Shown one piece after another: positions 31,841 to 43,857 of a stretch of 64,000 bases of DNA. Each line of letters opens with the position of its first letter. Position 1 is the stretch's first letter. This stretch comes from the human T2T-CHM13v2.0 reference genome, Homo sapiens, in the NCBI RefSeq assembly GCF_009914755.1, contig NC_060926.1; one strand, 5' to 3'. The translations under genes were made by a program, and so were the position numbers. The notes beneath the pieces were generated by a model. That model saw only the letters and a program-made list of their open reading frames with translations, made no database searches and was not told the DNA's origin.

Positions 31841-32084
31841 GGCGCTATTCTAGTACAATGTTTATTTCTTTTTACTTGGACTTTCAGGTTCTAGAATTGA
31901 GAGGTACTTCAGAGAGCAGTAGGTCCTGCCCACTGACTTTGAAAAGATAAACTGTAATCACTGTTTAACAGACAGGCTAGTGGTACGGGTCACAAAGCCG
32001 CCAAATCTATATACAAACCAGGCCCCAGGACCCCGCCGCTGAGCACACTGACGTGCCACTGACGTGCCTCTGACGTGTCCTGGA

Positions 32085-32240
32085 CCCTGGCTGCCACTGG
32101 AATCCCCTGGGGAGCTTGACACTATGCTGAAGGCAGGATTCCATTCTCAGAGATTCACATCTCAGTGGTCCTGGGTACGGCTTGGGCATCATGACTGCGG
32201 GAAGCTCCCTGGGGGATCCTAAACCCAGGCAGGACAGCAC
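32085..32240. mobile_element. MER5A-like hAT MITE
   Basis: actggaatcccctggggagctt...cagagattc...gggcatc...aagctccctgggggatcctaa. Confidence 0.55.
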
Positions 32241-33499
32241 TCACCTAACACAGAAGCCCCTTCCTGAGAGGTTTCCCTGGGGAGCAACCAGTAAGCACTG
32301 ACCCCTCATTAAAGGCACCCAGAGGAAGAGAGGCAGCGTGAGGTAGTGGAAGGAGCCCTGCCTGATGTGCTTCTCGGCTGTATCAGACTGACTCACACAT
32401 GACCTGGAGGAAGCGACAACTCCTCCAGGCCACAGCTGCCTCCTGTGCAAAACTAGGATTTTAGTGGAAGACCTTTATTGTTCCTTTTTGCCTGCACATT
32501 CTATAACTCTAAATAACCCCCCTTGGCTCCAGGCTCTGGTTTCTTTAGATTTGCATGGCTTCTTTTTTTCCCCTTTAATCACATTTTCCCCTTTTTCTCA
32601 GCTCCTGCTCCATTTTTTATACCTCATTGAATAGGGCCCTGCATATGTAAAAGCCAACAACCCCCAGCTCAGCTAGGCTGTGGGCACAAAGTCACACTAG
32701 CGGTTAAACCCACCTCTCACTAGTGAAAGTCACCACAGGCTTGAACAGGAAGTCCAGTTTCTGCAACAACCCTAATAAGTTTTGATTTGGGGCCAGGGTT
32801 ATCTCATAAGCACTAGTATGCCAACCTGCTGGGAGCTTTCACCCCTGGCATCTGCTCTATGCGTTTCTTACTGCACCAGCTTCCTTCTTTTCTGGAACTC
32901 CATTCTCAAGCCGCCAAAGAAGTTTCGCAGTTTTCACTAGTGCCAGCCGCTAACCATGAAAACAGTCATGTCTAGGCAAGATGCTGTTTGCTGGAGCAGC
33001 CTAAGCTGTCAGTCCTCAAGGGGCAAGCGTGGAGTGAGGCTCCAGGCAAAAGTGGCAGAACAGCTGTCTCCTCCACCCAGCTCCTCCTCTAGTCTGGTCT
33101 CCCAGGCAGTATTCCTTATGCCCACTGAATCACTAAGTCAGCCCTAAAGTCACCTCCTTCAACTTCTAGCCTTACTCCTTCCCACTGGAGATCAAAACCA
33201 ATCCAAGGTGAGTGGGGTAGGAGTGGGAAAGAAGCAGAATTTTCCTCCCCTCTTTCCTTATTCAATATACATGTACACACACACACTATATCTACACACT
33301 AAATGTATGTATCTATACACACACTAGGGTACAGATATATATAGGGTAGAGATACACAGATGTAGTATAGATATAGTAAATATAGCCACTTTGACTCCCA
33401 GTCGGCTTTGGCCAGTGTTCCCTGATTCTTGCTCCACCCTTTCTAAGGAAAGTAAATCTCTCTAACCATCACTTATTAAGAGCTCTAAAAAATACTTCT

Positions 33500-33900
33500 T
33501 TTTAATCCAATAATTCTGTCCTAAGGAAATACACATGCAGACAAAGATGTTGACCATGACGTTTTTAAAAAGAGGAAAAACTTTCATCTCAATAAGACTA
33601 TCCATAAAATAGAATCTTATAAGCCGTTTAAAATAACATTTTTAGGCACTTAAAAGATAATACTTAATGAAGTGGGAAAATGTTTATAAAATAACATATG
33701 GTAAAATGCGTAGGGTATATGATAGTGTTTCAATTTCATAATTCAAAACAAAATCATAGAAAAAAGACTGGAGGGAACTATGTTGACCTATGGGTAGTAG
33801 TTATTTCTAGGTAGTAAATAAAAGGTTATTCTTATGTGTCATTTCTCCCTCAAATTCTCTAAAATAAATATTCAATTATTTTATAATCAGCAAATAAACA
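33500..33900 (+). mobile_element. Old L1M 3' fragment
   Basis: AT-rich decayed L1 3'UTR-like sequence. Confidence 0.4.
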
Positions 33901-36900
33901 TAATATATTTTTGTGTTTTTTAAATATGATAATCTCAGAACATTTATCCCTAAAAAGAACAAATTTATGCTGGAAAAAAAGCAAGAGCATTCCTCCCTGG
34001 CTGCTGGGGGGAAATCACACTGTGGCTCTCCCCATCCCCATAACAGCCAGCATTTGTTGATCACATATGGAGCAGCTCAGTCCAAGATTGTAGCCCAGGC
34101 CTTACTTACATCCACTCATCTATGCTTCTCAACATGTCTTTGAGGAAATTACTGTTATTAGGACTTACTGACAGAGTCCGCAACCTCACTCCATCACTGC
34201 ACTAGGCTGCTGGCCACCTCCCTGTTTTTCCCCCCAAAAGAAAATAGTTGGAAATTATAATCAAGAGGTGCCTCAAAGGTTAAACCAAGCATCTAAGAGT
34301 AGGCAGAGAGAAAACAGTGACCAGAGAAGAAAGCCCATCTCTTAAGAAATAAGCAAGGGGCCGATTGCTTCTGCATTTGCTCCTGGCTCTGGGTGCAGGT
34401 GCCAATGCATCCCTGACTTCTAGATGCTCTGCATCCTTCTCCCACTACTCAGAGGAGAAACCGACAGAGATGGACCATTGCTTCCAGTTCCAAATAAGAA
34501 CTAAAATTGGGATTTCCTCTCCGGAATCCCAAGTTCAAAACTGCAAGCCAAATCACCCGGTGCAGAACAAGAACAAAAGGAGTCCCATTGACCTTGCCAG
34601 CTGGAAGAGGCCCTGCGAGTCTGAGAAGCTCCCCTTCTCCAGCACATTCTCCTCCAATCAAGACATCCCAGTGTTCCCTGCAGTTCGAACTGACAGAAGC
34701 ACAATACCCATCTTCTCAGGCGTCCTGGGTTAATTTCTTTATATATATTTTTTTGGCTCACATTTTGAAGTCTTTCCAGACTGATGGACCAAAGTGGAAA
34801 TTACAGTCCAATCGGCTATGTCCAAAACAGATGCCACATAATCACAGTCATATTAATAAAGCTGGCAACAATGAGGATAAAGAATTTCAAGGGAAGGGGG
34901 AGGGGAAACTAACACCTTCCAGAATGTGTCTGACTGATTGAATGCTCCTGCCCAGAAACAGGTTTCCCTGAGAAATCTGAAGTTGGCTTTTTCCCTATCT
35001 AAACTCCAAATCCATCCTTGTATTTAATATTTTTTACAGGTTCGATGAAGGGGAGAAAAGGGAAACATTTGCTCAAATTTTTCGGTCTTCACAGCACTTG
35101 GGGTCTCATTTATGCGTGGGTTTCCAGCTGTGCATGACATACGTCACTGTAAACTGGCACATCTTTCCATCAGCAAGCACAGCACAACCACAAGTTTGGC
35201 AAGCATTTCATGTTGCCAGATGCCTTCACCGTTTCTTAAACTATGTATTCCAGGCACTCCACTTTTTTCTTGCTGGAAATACTTTCAAAGAAGAACACAA
35301 TGTTTTGGGTTGCCTGGCCAAAGTTTAGCTGTACTTTTGCATCTTTGCCAAACTTCCTGTTTTTAGCAAAACAATTTATTATCTTGCTGATTCTTTAGAC
35401 CCAAAAGGATTTGCAGGCACAAATAACTACTTGGTTTCCATGTCTTTTCACAGAAGAAACTCATTCCCTTTCCCATAATTATCCTGTAGATGTTAGAACA
35501 GAAACATATTTAACCTTTGGGAGTGCTACCAAGGTGTAGAAAAGGTTTTAATTATTCAAGACTTCTACCGTCTGCACTTTAAAGAACCGACGATTATTTT
35601 TGGTGTGCAAGAAAAATAATTCTTTTCAGGTGGTTTGGCAAGATCACAGATCTGCCGCATGTGGTATTGTAGAAGCAATTTTGGAGTGAGTTTGGGTTTA
35701 AAGTCCAGGGTTAGACTAAAGAGATTTGATTGATCAGCAGCAATCAAAGAAAGCATTCAACTGGACACTTTTATGAATAGTTATCTCTGATTACTAAGCC
35801 ACACAGTCACTTATTTACCATTATCACCAGAAAGCAAAACAAAAGCAAAACACTACCAGCCTTCCCCATCCCCACCTATCAGCAACTAGCCTGACTACCA
35901 ACCAATAAATAGATTAAGAAGAAATTTTTTATTCTCAACTACATTAGATTAAGTTAGCCACACACAGTTACACAGTCTCAGTTTTCTAGAACATATGTTA
36001 TCTATAGCAACACAGGTGCACAGACACATATAGTCATTTAGATAGGCTTTTCTCATAATCACCAGTACAGTATCAGAGCAACATTGGCAACCATATACCC
36101 AACTCTTCAGCGAAATACATTTCTAGGGTAGAATTTACCTCCACTTAGATAGATGGACCCGATCGTAATATTTCCAAGTTTCAAAAATTACTTCACAATA
36201 CCAGCAGAGGCCAGGGAACTGATAATGTTGATTTCCTGTATGTTCGTGCTTCAAAGATCTTAGAATTCTTTGATGGTGACTTAGAAACAACTATAAAAAT
36301 AATGGCTCCTTAAAACAGAGAGAGTCAAAGGGCAAGACTTTTTAGAGGAAATGGTTAATATTAATGAGAGAGTGCACTGTAGTCTGACAATAGACCAACA
36401 TCAGCACTTTAAGAAGAATGCATCTAACTTAAGCAAGAGAGGGCCAGTTTCTGAATTTCCATTTGTGAATTATTCCTCCAGATTAAAGCAGAGAAAAAGA
36501 CAGCATGTATCAGATACATGGAGAGGTAAATTGATTGATTGGTAGCTAGATGATTGCTAGATAGGGATATGAGTGCACGTATGCTGGTGGTGTGTCTTTT
36601 TTTTTTTTTTTTTTTTCATTTCTCCGTTTTCTTCTTCTTTTTTAAGATCCATGTTCTGATAATTCCCTTGAGTAAATACTGGCCAAGAAAAGAAAAAAGA
36701 AGTCAAAGTAGCAATTCAACAGTCTAGAGCACATGAATAGAGGAGAGCATTGAAAGGGAAGGTTTTTATAAGGAATTGCCACTCACATCAAGCCTCTCAG
36801 GCATTGCAGCTAAGTGTACGCCAAGCAAAGGTGGCCCAAGATTTCTTTTAAACTCTTCTAAAAGGTGAGAATGTGCCTTTCTAATTAACTTTAGGATATG

Positions 36901-37890
36901 TTGCTTTAAAGAGTTATTTTTAACATTTAAACATAAACAATATCAGTACTAAATATAAGATCAAAGAAATACTGTTTCCATATGGAGTTGCCAAAGCACA
37001 GAAGCATGGCTGGAAAGTACAAGTTTCCTTTGAAGGTGGTGTTGCTATCAGTATTGCTTACTCAGCAGTCTATTAATATCAAAATAAAGTGCACATATAC
37101 ACATATATTCATTATATCCTGCCTGGTGTAAAAAAATTTCACTCTTCCCACCCTTAAAAACAAAATCCAACATCCCAAACCTAGGCCTTCAGGGCCCTTT
37201 CACTAGTTTTTTTTTCCAAATGAACACATTTAAAGTAATGTTTGAAGCCTGTGGTATCAGAATTTATTTCTACAAAGTTAACTCTATTTAATATCCTTGG
37301 CTCTAAGCTTAATTTGCTAAATCATGCTGTTTTTGAAATTTATTGCAAAATTATTGTTCTCTAGGGAAATAATTACCATTCCTCTTCTATGGCATTGCTT
37401 TCCTCTGCATGTGAATTTAAGTAAAGAGATTTAAAATCAGCTCTGTGTTTGAGTAGGTATCAATCAAGACAGGGCGATCTAATATTATATTTGAGTTTAA
37501 AAGAATATATTCTGTTCACTCAAATATCTGATTTTTCTGAATGAGAACAATAGGACATTAAAATTAGAAAAGAATCCTAAGAAATGATTGTATGCATCTA
37601 TTTATTTATAGACTGCCTTGTTGGAAGGATCCTAGGCAGCTTAGAAGGATATATAAAATTTAGCAACATTACATAAATTAGAAGTGGACATAAAGCAAAG
37701 GAGAAAACACCAGCATAAAAATATAAAATGGAACCAGCAATGGAGCTAATATAAGCTCACAGACTTCCATACATGAAGCATAAATTTGACTCAGACTTTT
37801 TAGTTTCAAGGTAAAAACAAAAACTTGCTCAAGACTACATGACTCATCAGTAATTGAGGTGTTCAGAACTTCACAACAGAAGTTCAAAAC

Positions 37891-38647
37891 GCTTTACCAA
37901 TTATTTGTTTGGAAGCAGACTATGATTTCTCATCCTCTGCAGTGAATGCTGTTGTGGTAATAAGGAGGAGGAGGTTGACCATACTGTGTCTGTTTTTCAA
38001 TATTTTGGTAATGCTTCCTGATTCTCTTTTGGGGAATTGCCTTTCCCTTGTTTTAAGTGAAGATGCTGTGTCCCTGTCCCTCCCAAGCTCCCACCTGGCC
38101 CAATCTGACTTTGTCCCACCCAGGACATTGAATCTTAAACAGGCTGTGCAATAGCAAGAGGAGACAAATGACTGTGGCTGCTTCCTTCCCAGTGGTTGTG
38201 CACAACCAAGAAAGTGACTGGTTTGTGCTAATGCCCAGGTTCCAGTCCCTCTCAGAGCCTGGTTCTCCAACCTTCCTATCAGTTCTTTGAACCATCCAAT
38301 ATCAACCAGTAAATGTCTTTTCTGCTTAAGTTCTGTTGCCTAAAACCACAGAACCCTAAGTGAAACACAATGTGAGCCAGGCTACCTAAGTGCAAATGGG
38401 TTAAATGATGTGTCTGGAGCCTATAGGGAATTTTAGTTAATTGTGGAACCCTGAAACTCTAATGCCCAATTTACTGCAAAATGGATATGATGTAGAAATA
38501 ATTATTGGTGAAGAACATTTCCGTCCACAGCAATAATCATTGCCAAATGACATGCATCTTTTTTCTTCATTAAAATGTTTTGAATGTGCTTCTCTGTCCT
38601 GTGTAGGACATGGATGTATTTAGGAAAACATTTTGGGAAACTATCAC
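37891..38647 (+). repeat. Direct repeat copy 1 (757 bp), abutting the HERV-H 5' LTR
   Basis: gctttaccaattatttg...gggaaactatcac; near-identical to 44261-45023. Confidence 0.99.
38050..38368 (+). mobile_element. Old ERVL LTR fragment (LTR33/LTR16-like) inside the duplicated block (second copy ~44420-44744)
   Basis: ccaaccttcc...cagtaaatgtcttttctgcttaag...agaaccctaagtgaaaca resembles the LTR33-type 3' end. Confidence 0.5.
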
Positions 38648-39099
38648 TGTCAGGCCTCTGAGCCCAAGCGAAGCCATCGCATGCCCTGTGACTTGCACGT
38701 ATATGCCCAGATGGCCTGAAGTAACTGAAGAATCACAAAAGAAGTGAATATGCCCTGCCCCACCTTAACTGATGACATTCCACCACAAAAGAAGTGTAAA
38801 TGGCCGGTCCTTGCCTTAAGTGATGACATTACCTTGTGAAAGTCCTTTTCCTGGCTCATCCTGGTTCAGAAGCTCCCCCACTGTGCACCTTGCGACCCCC
38901 ACTCCTGCCTGCCAGAGAACAAACCCCCTTTGACTGTAATTTTCCTTTACCTCCCCAAATCCTATAAAACGGCCCCACCCTTATCTCCCTTCACTGACTC
39001 TCTTTTCGGACTCAGCCCGCCTGCACCCAGGTGAAATAAACAGCCATGTTGCTCACACAAAGCCTGTTTGGTGGTCTCTTCACACGGACGTGCATGAAA
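38648..39099 (+). promoter_or_regulatory. 5' LTR7 (U3-R-U5) promoter/enhancer
   Basis: TGTCAGGCCTCTGAGCCC...GCATGAAA; TATAAA 38963; AATAAA 39035; ACAAAAGA motifs at 38735 and 38785. Confidence 0.95.
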
Positions 39100-39101
39100 T
39101 T

Positions 39102-39119
39102 TGGTGCCGTGACTGGGAT
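39102..39119 (+). other. Primer-binding site complementary to tRNA-His 3' end
   Basis: TGGTGCCGTGACTGGGAT vs canonical TGGTGCCGTGACTCGGAT (1 mismatch). Confidence 0.92.
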
Positions 39120-39242
39120 TGGGGGACCTCCCTTGGGAGATCAATCCCCTGTCCTCCTGCTCTTTGCTCTGTGAGAAAGATCCACCTACGACCTCAGGTC
39201 CTCAGACCGACCAGCCCAAGAAACATCTCACCAATTTCAATT

Positions 39243-39251
39243 CCGGTAAGT
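39243..39251 (+). promoter_or_regulatory. HERV-H major splice donor (CCG|GTAAGT)
   Basis: Strong GTAAGT donor ~145 nt after the 5' LTR, the usual HERV-H position. Confidence 0.75.
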
Positions 39252-39532
39252 GGCCTCTTTTTACTCTCTTCTCCAGCTTCCCTCACTATCCCACAACCTC
39301 TTTCTCCTTTCAATCTTGATGCCACACTTCAATCTCTTCCTTCTCTTAATTTCAATTCCTTTCATTTTCTGGTAGAGACAAAGGAGACACGTTTTATCCG
39401 TGGACCCAAAACTCCCACGCCAGTCACGGACTGGGAAGGCAGCCTTCCCTTGGTGTTTAATCATTACAGGGACGCCTCTGATTGTTCACCCACTTTTCAA
39501 AGGTGTCAGACCATGCAGGGACGCCTGCCTTG

Positions 39533-39755
39533 GTCCTTCACCCTTAGCGGCAAGTTCCGCTTTTCTGGGGAAGGGGCAAATACCCCAACCCCTTCTCTCC
39601 TTGTCTCTACTCCTTCTCTGCTTTTCTGGGAGAGGGGTAAGTACCCCTCAACCCCTTCTCCTTCACCCTTAGCGGCAAGTCCCGCTTTTCTGGGGCAGGG
39701 GCAAATACCCCTCAACCCCTTCTCCTTCACCCTTAGCGGCAAGTCCCGCTTTCCT
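39533..39755 (+). repeat. HERV-H leader internal repeats (tccttcacccttagcggcaagt... x3)
   Basis: Three copies visible near 39534, 39659 and 39723. Confidence 0.85.
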
Positions 39756-40818
39756 AGGGGGCAAGAACCCCCCAGTCGCTTATTTCCGCACCCCAACCTC
39801 TTATCTCTGTGCCCCAATCCCTTATTTCTGCACCCTGACCTCTTATCTGTGCCCCAATCCCTTATTTCCGTGCTCCAACCCCTTCTCTGCTTTTCTGGAG
39901 GGCAAGAACCCCCCACCCCTTCTCCATGTCTCTACTCTTTTCTCTGGGCTTGCCTCCTTCACTATGGGTAAGCTTCCACCTTCCGTTCCTCCTTCTTCTC
40001 CCTTAGCCTGTGTTCTCAAAAACTTAAAACCTCTTCAACACACACCTGACCTATAAATGCCTTATTTTCTTCTGCAATGCCGCTTGACCACAATACAAAC
40101 TCGACAGTAGTTCCAAATGGCCGGAAAACGGCACTTTCAATTTTTCCATCCTACAAGATCTAAATAATTCTTGTCGTAAAATAGGCAAATGGTCTGAGAT
40201 GCCTGACGTCCAGGCATTCTTTTACACATCAGTCCCTTCCTAGTCTCTGTGCCCAGTGCAACTCGTCCCAAATCTTCCTTCTTTCCCTCCCGGCTGTCCC
40301 CTCAGTCCCAACCCCAAGTATCGCTGAGTCTTTTTAATCTTCCTTTTCTACAGACCCATCTGACCTCTCCCCTCCTCACCAGCCCAAGCTAGGTCCCAAT
40401 TCTTCCTCAGCCTCCGCTCCTCCACCCTATAATCCTTTTATCACCTCCCCTCCTCACACCTGGTTGGGCTTACAGTTTCGTTCTGTGACTAGCCCTCCCC
40501 CACCTGCCCAGCAATTTACTCTTAAAAAGGTGGCTGGAGCCAAAGGCATAGTCAAGGTTAATGCTCCTTTTTCTTTATCCCAAATCTGATAGCTTTTAGG
40601 CTCTTTTTCATCAAATATAAAAACCCAGCCCAGTTCATGGCTCATTCGGCGGCAACCCTGAGACGCTTTACAGCCCTAGACCCTAAAAGGTCAAAAGGCC
40701 ATCTTATTCTCAGTATACATTTTATTACTCAATCTGCTCCCGACATTAAATAAAACTCCAAAAATTAGAATCTGGCCCTCAAACCCCACAACAGGACTTA
40801 ATTAACCTCACCTTCAAG

Positions 40819-41172
40819 GTGTACAATAATAAAAAAAAAAAGTTGCAATTCCTTGCCTCCACTGCGAGACAAACCCCAGCCACATCTCCAGCACACAAGA
40901 ACTTCCAAACGCCTGAACTACAGTGGCCAGGCGTTCCTCCAGAACCTCCTCCCCAAGGAGCTTGCTACAAGTGCCAGAAATCTGGCCACCAGGCCAAGGA
41001 ATGCCTGCAGCCCAGGATTCCTCCTAAGCCGCGTCCCATCTGTGCAGGACCCCACTGGAGATCAGACTATTCAACTTACCTGGCAGCCACTCCCAGAGCC
41101 CCTGGAACTCTGGCCCAAGGCTCTCTGACTGACTCCTTCTTGGCTTACCGGCTGAAGACTGACGCTGCCTGA
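40819..41172 (+). pseudogene. gag: HERV-H gag remnant (nucleocapsid)
   Basis: CYKCQKSGHQAKEC CCHC knuckle; second knuckle degenerate (RPICAGPHWRSDY). Confidence 0.88.
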
Positions 41173-41228
41173 TCGCCTGGGAAGCCCTGTAGACCATCAC
41201 GGATGCCGAGCTTTAGGTAACTCTCACA

Positions 41229-43400
41229 GTGGAAGGTAAGTCCGTCCTCTTCTTAATCAATATGGAGGCTACCCACTCCACATTACCTTCTTTTCAAGGG
41301 CCTGTTTCCCTTGCCTCCATAACTGTTGTGGGTATCGACAGCCAGGCTTCTAAGCCTCTTAAAACTCCCCAACTCTGGTGCCAACTTAAACAACACTCTT
41401 TTATGCACTCTTTTTTAATTATCTCCACCTGCCCAGTTCCCTTATTAGGCCGAGATATTTTAACCAAATTATCTGCTTCCCTGACTATTCCTGGACTATA
41501 GCTGCATCTCATTGATGCCCTTCTTCCCAATCCAAAGCCTCCTTTGCTTCCTCCTCTTGTATTCCCCCACCTTAACCCACAAGTATAAGATACCTCTACT
41601 CCCTCCTTGGCGACCGATCATGCACCCCTTACCATCTCATTAAAACCTAATCACCCTTACCCCACTCAACGCCAATATCCCATCCCACAGCACACTTTAA
41701 AAAGATTAAAGCCTGTTATCACTCGCCTGCTACAACATGGCCTTTTAAAGCCTATAAACTCTCCTTAGGATTCCTCCATTTTACCTGTCCTAAAACCAGA
41801 CAAGTCTTACAGATTAGTTCAGGATCTGCGTCTTATCAACCAAATTGTTTTGCCTATCCACCCTGTGGTGCCCAACCTGTACACTCTTTTGTCCTCAATA
41901 CCTTCCTCCACAACTCACGATTCCGTGCTTGATCTTAAAGATGCTTTTTTCACTATTCCCCTTCACCCCTCGTCCCAGCCTCTTCGCTTTCACTTAGACT
42001 GACCCTGACACCCATTAGGCCCAGCAAATTACCAAGGCTGTACTGCCGCAAGGCTTTATAGACAGCCCCCATTACTTCAGTCAAGCCCAAATTTCTTCCT
42101 CATCTGTTACCTATCTCGGCATAATTCTCATAAAAACACACGTGCTCTCCCTGCCAATCGTGTCCGACTGATCTCTCAAACCCAAGCACCTTCTACAAAA
42201 CAACAACTCCTTTCCTTCCTAGGTATGGTTAGTGCGGTCAGAATTCTTACACAAGAGCCAGGACCGCACCCTGTAGCCTTTCTGTCCAAACAACTTGACC
42301 TTACTGTTTTAGCCTAGCCCTCATGTCTGCGTGCAGTGGCTGCCGCTGCTTTAATACTTTTAGAGGCCCTCAAAATCACAAACTATGCTCAACTCACTCT
42401 CTACAGTTCCATAACTTCCAAAATCTATTTTCTTCCTCATACCTGATGCATATACTTTCTGCTTCCTGGCTCCTTCAGCTGTACTCACTCTTTGTTAAGT
42501 CCCACAATTACCATTGTTCCTGGCCCAGACTTCAATCTGGCCTCCCACATTATTCCTGATACCACACCTGACCCCCATGACTGTATGTCTCTGATCCACC
42601 TGATATTCACCCCATTTCCCTATATTTCCTTCTTTCCTGTTCCTCACCCTGATCATGCTTGATTTATTGATGGCAGTTCCACCAGGCCTAATCGCCTCAC
42701 ACCACCAAAGGCAGGCTATGCTATAGTACAAGCCACTAGCCCACCTCTCAGAACCTCTCATTTCCTTTCCATCGTGGAAATCTATCCTCAAGGAAATAAC
42801 TCCTCAGTGTTCCATCTGCTATTCTACTACTACTCCTGGATTATTCAAGCCCCCTCCCTTCCCTACACATCAAGCTTGAGGATTTGCCCCCACCCAGGAC
42901 TGGCAAATCAGCTTTACTCAACATGTCCGGAGTCAGGAAACTAAAATACCTCTTAGTCTAAATAGACACTTTCACTGAATAAGTAAAGGCCTTTCCTACA
43001 GGGTCTGAGAAGGCCACCACAGTCATTTCTTCCCTTCTGTCAGACATAATTCCTCAGTTTAGCCTTCCCACCTCTATACAGTCTGATAACAGACCGGCCT
43101 TTATTAGTCAAATCAGCCAAGCAGTTTTTCAGGCTCTTAGTATTCAGTGAAACCTTTATATCCCTTACAGTCCTCAGTCTTCAAGAAAAGTAGAACGGAC
43201 TAAAGGTCTTTTAAAAACACACCTCGCCAAGCTCAGCCACCAACTTAAAAAGGACTGGACAATACTTTTACCACTTTCGCTTCTCAGAATTCAGGCCTGT
43301 CCTCAGAATGCTACAAGGCACAGCCCATTTAAGCTCCTGTATAGACGCTCCTTTTTATTAGGCCCCAGTCTCATTCGACACCAGACCAACTTAGACTGTG
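41229..43400 (+). pseudogene. pol: HERV-H pro-pol remnant, deleted and disrupted
   Basis: Protease-like FLINMEATHS (catalytic DTG lost) and LLGRD; RT QDLRLIN and LDLKDAFF; RNase H IDGSS; integrase-like DWQ segment; many stops. Confidence 0.85.
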
Positions 43401-43844
43401 CCCCAAAAAAACTTGTCATCCCTACTATCTTTTTTCTAGTCATACTCCTATTCACTGTTCTCAACTACTCATACATGCCCTGCTCTTGTTTACACTGCTG
43501 GTTTACACTGTTTCTCCAAGCCATCACAGCTGATATCTACCTTTTATACCTGTTTTTCTCCTTCTCTTATTCCATTTAGTTTTTCAATTCATACAAAACC
43601 GTATCCAGGCCATCACCAATCATTCTATATGACAAATGTTTCTTCTAACAACCCCACAATATCACCCCTTACCACAAGACCTCCCTTCAGCTTAATCTCT
43701 CCCGCTCTAGGTTCCCACGCCGCCCCTAATCCCGCTTGAAGCAGCCCTGAGAAACATCACCCATTCTCTCTCCATACCACCCCCCAAAAATTTTCACTGC
43801 CCCAACACTTCAACACTATTTTGTTTTATTTTTCTTATTAATAT

Positions 43845-43857
43845 AAGAAGGCAGGAA
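43845..43857 (+). other. Polypurine tract
   Basis: aagaaggcaggaa immediately before the TG of the 3' LTR. Confidence 0.8.

Noticed and set aside
34365-35690. Cluster of 70-144 aa ORFs and acceptor-like sites (35040, 35628)
   Set aside because: No coherent exon chain or recognisable translation.
37909-38295. Paired near-identical ORFs here and at 44290-44676 that look like a duplicated gene
   Set aside because: They reflect the 760-bp DNA duplication; the sequence is partly an old LTR and most starts are non-ATG.
39533-39870. Repeat-spacer-like array in the HERV-H leader
   Set aside because: Ordinary HERV-H leader repeats with irregular, mutually related spacers; eukaryotic context, not CRISPR.
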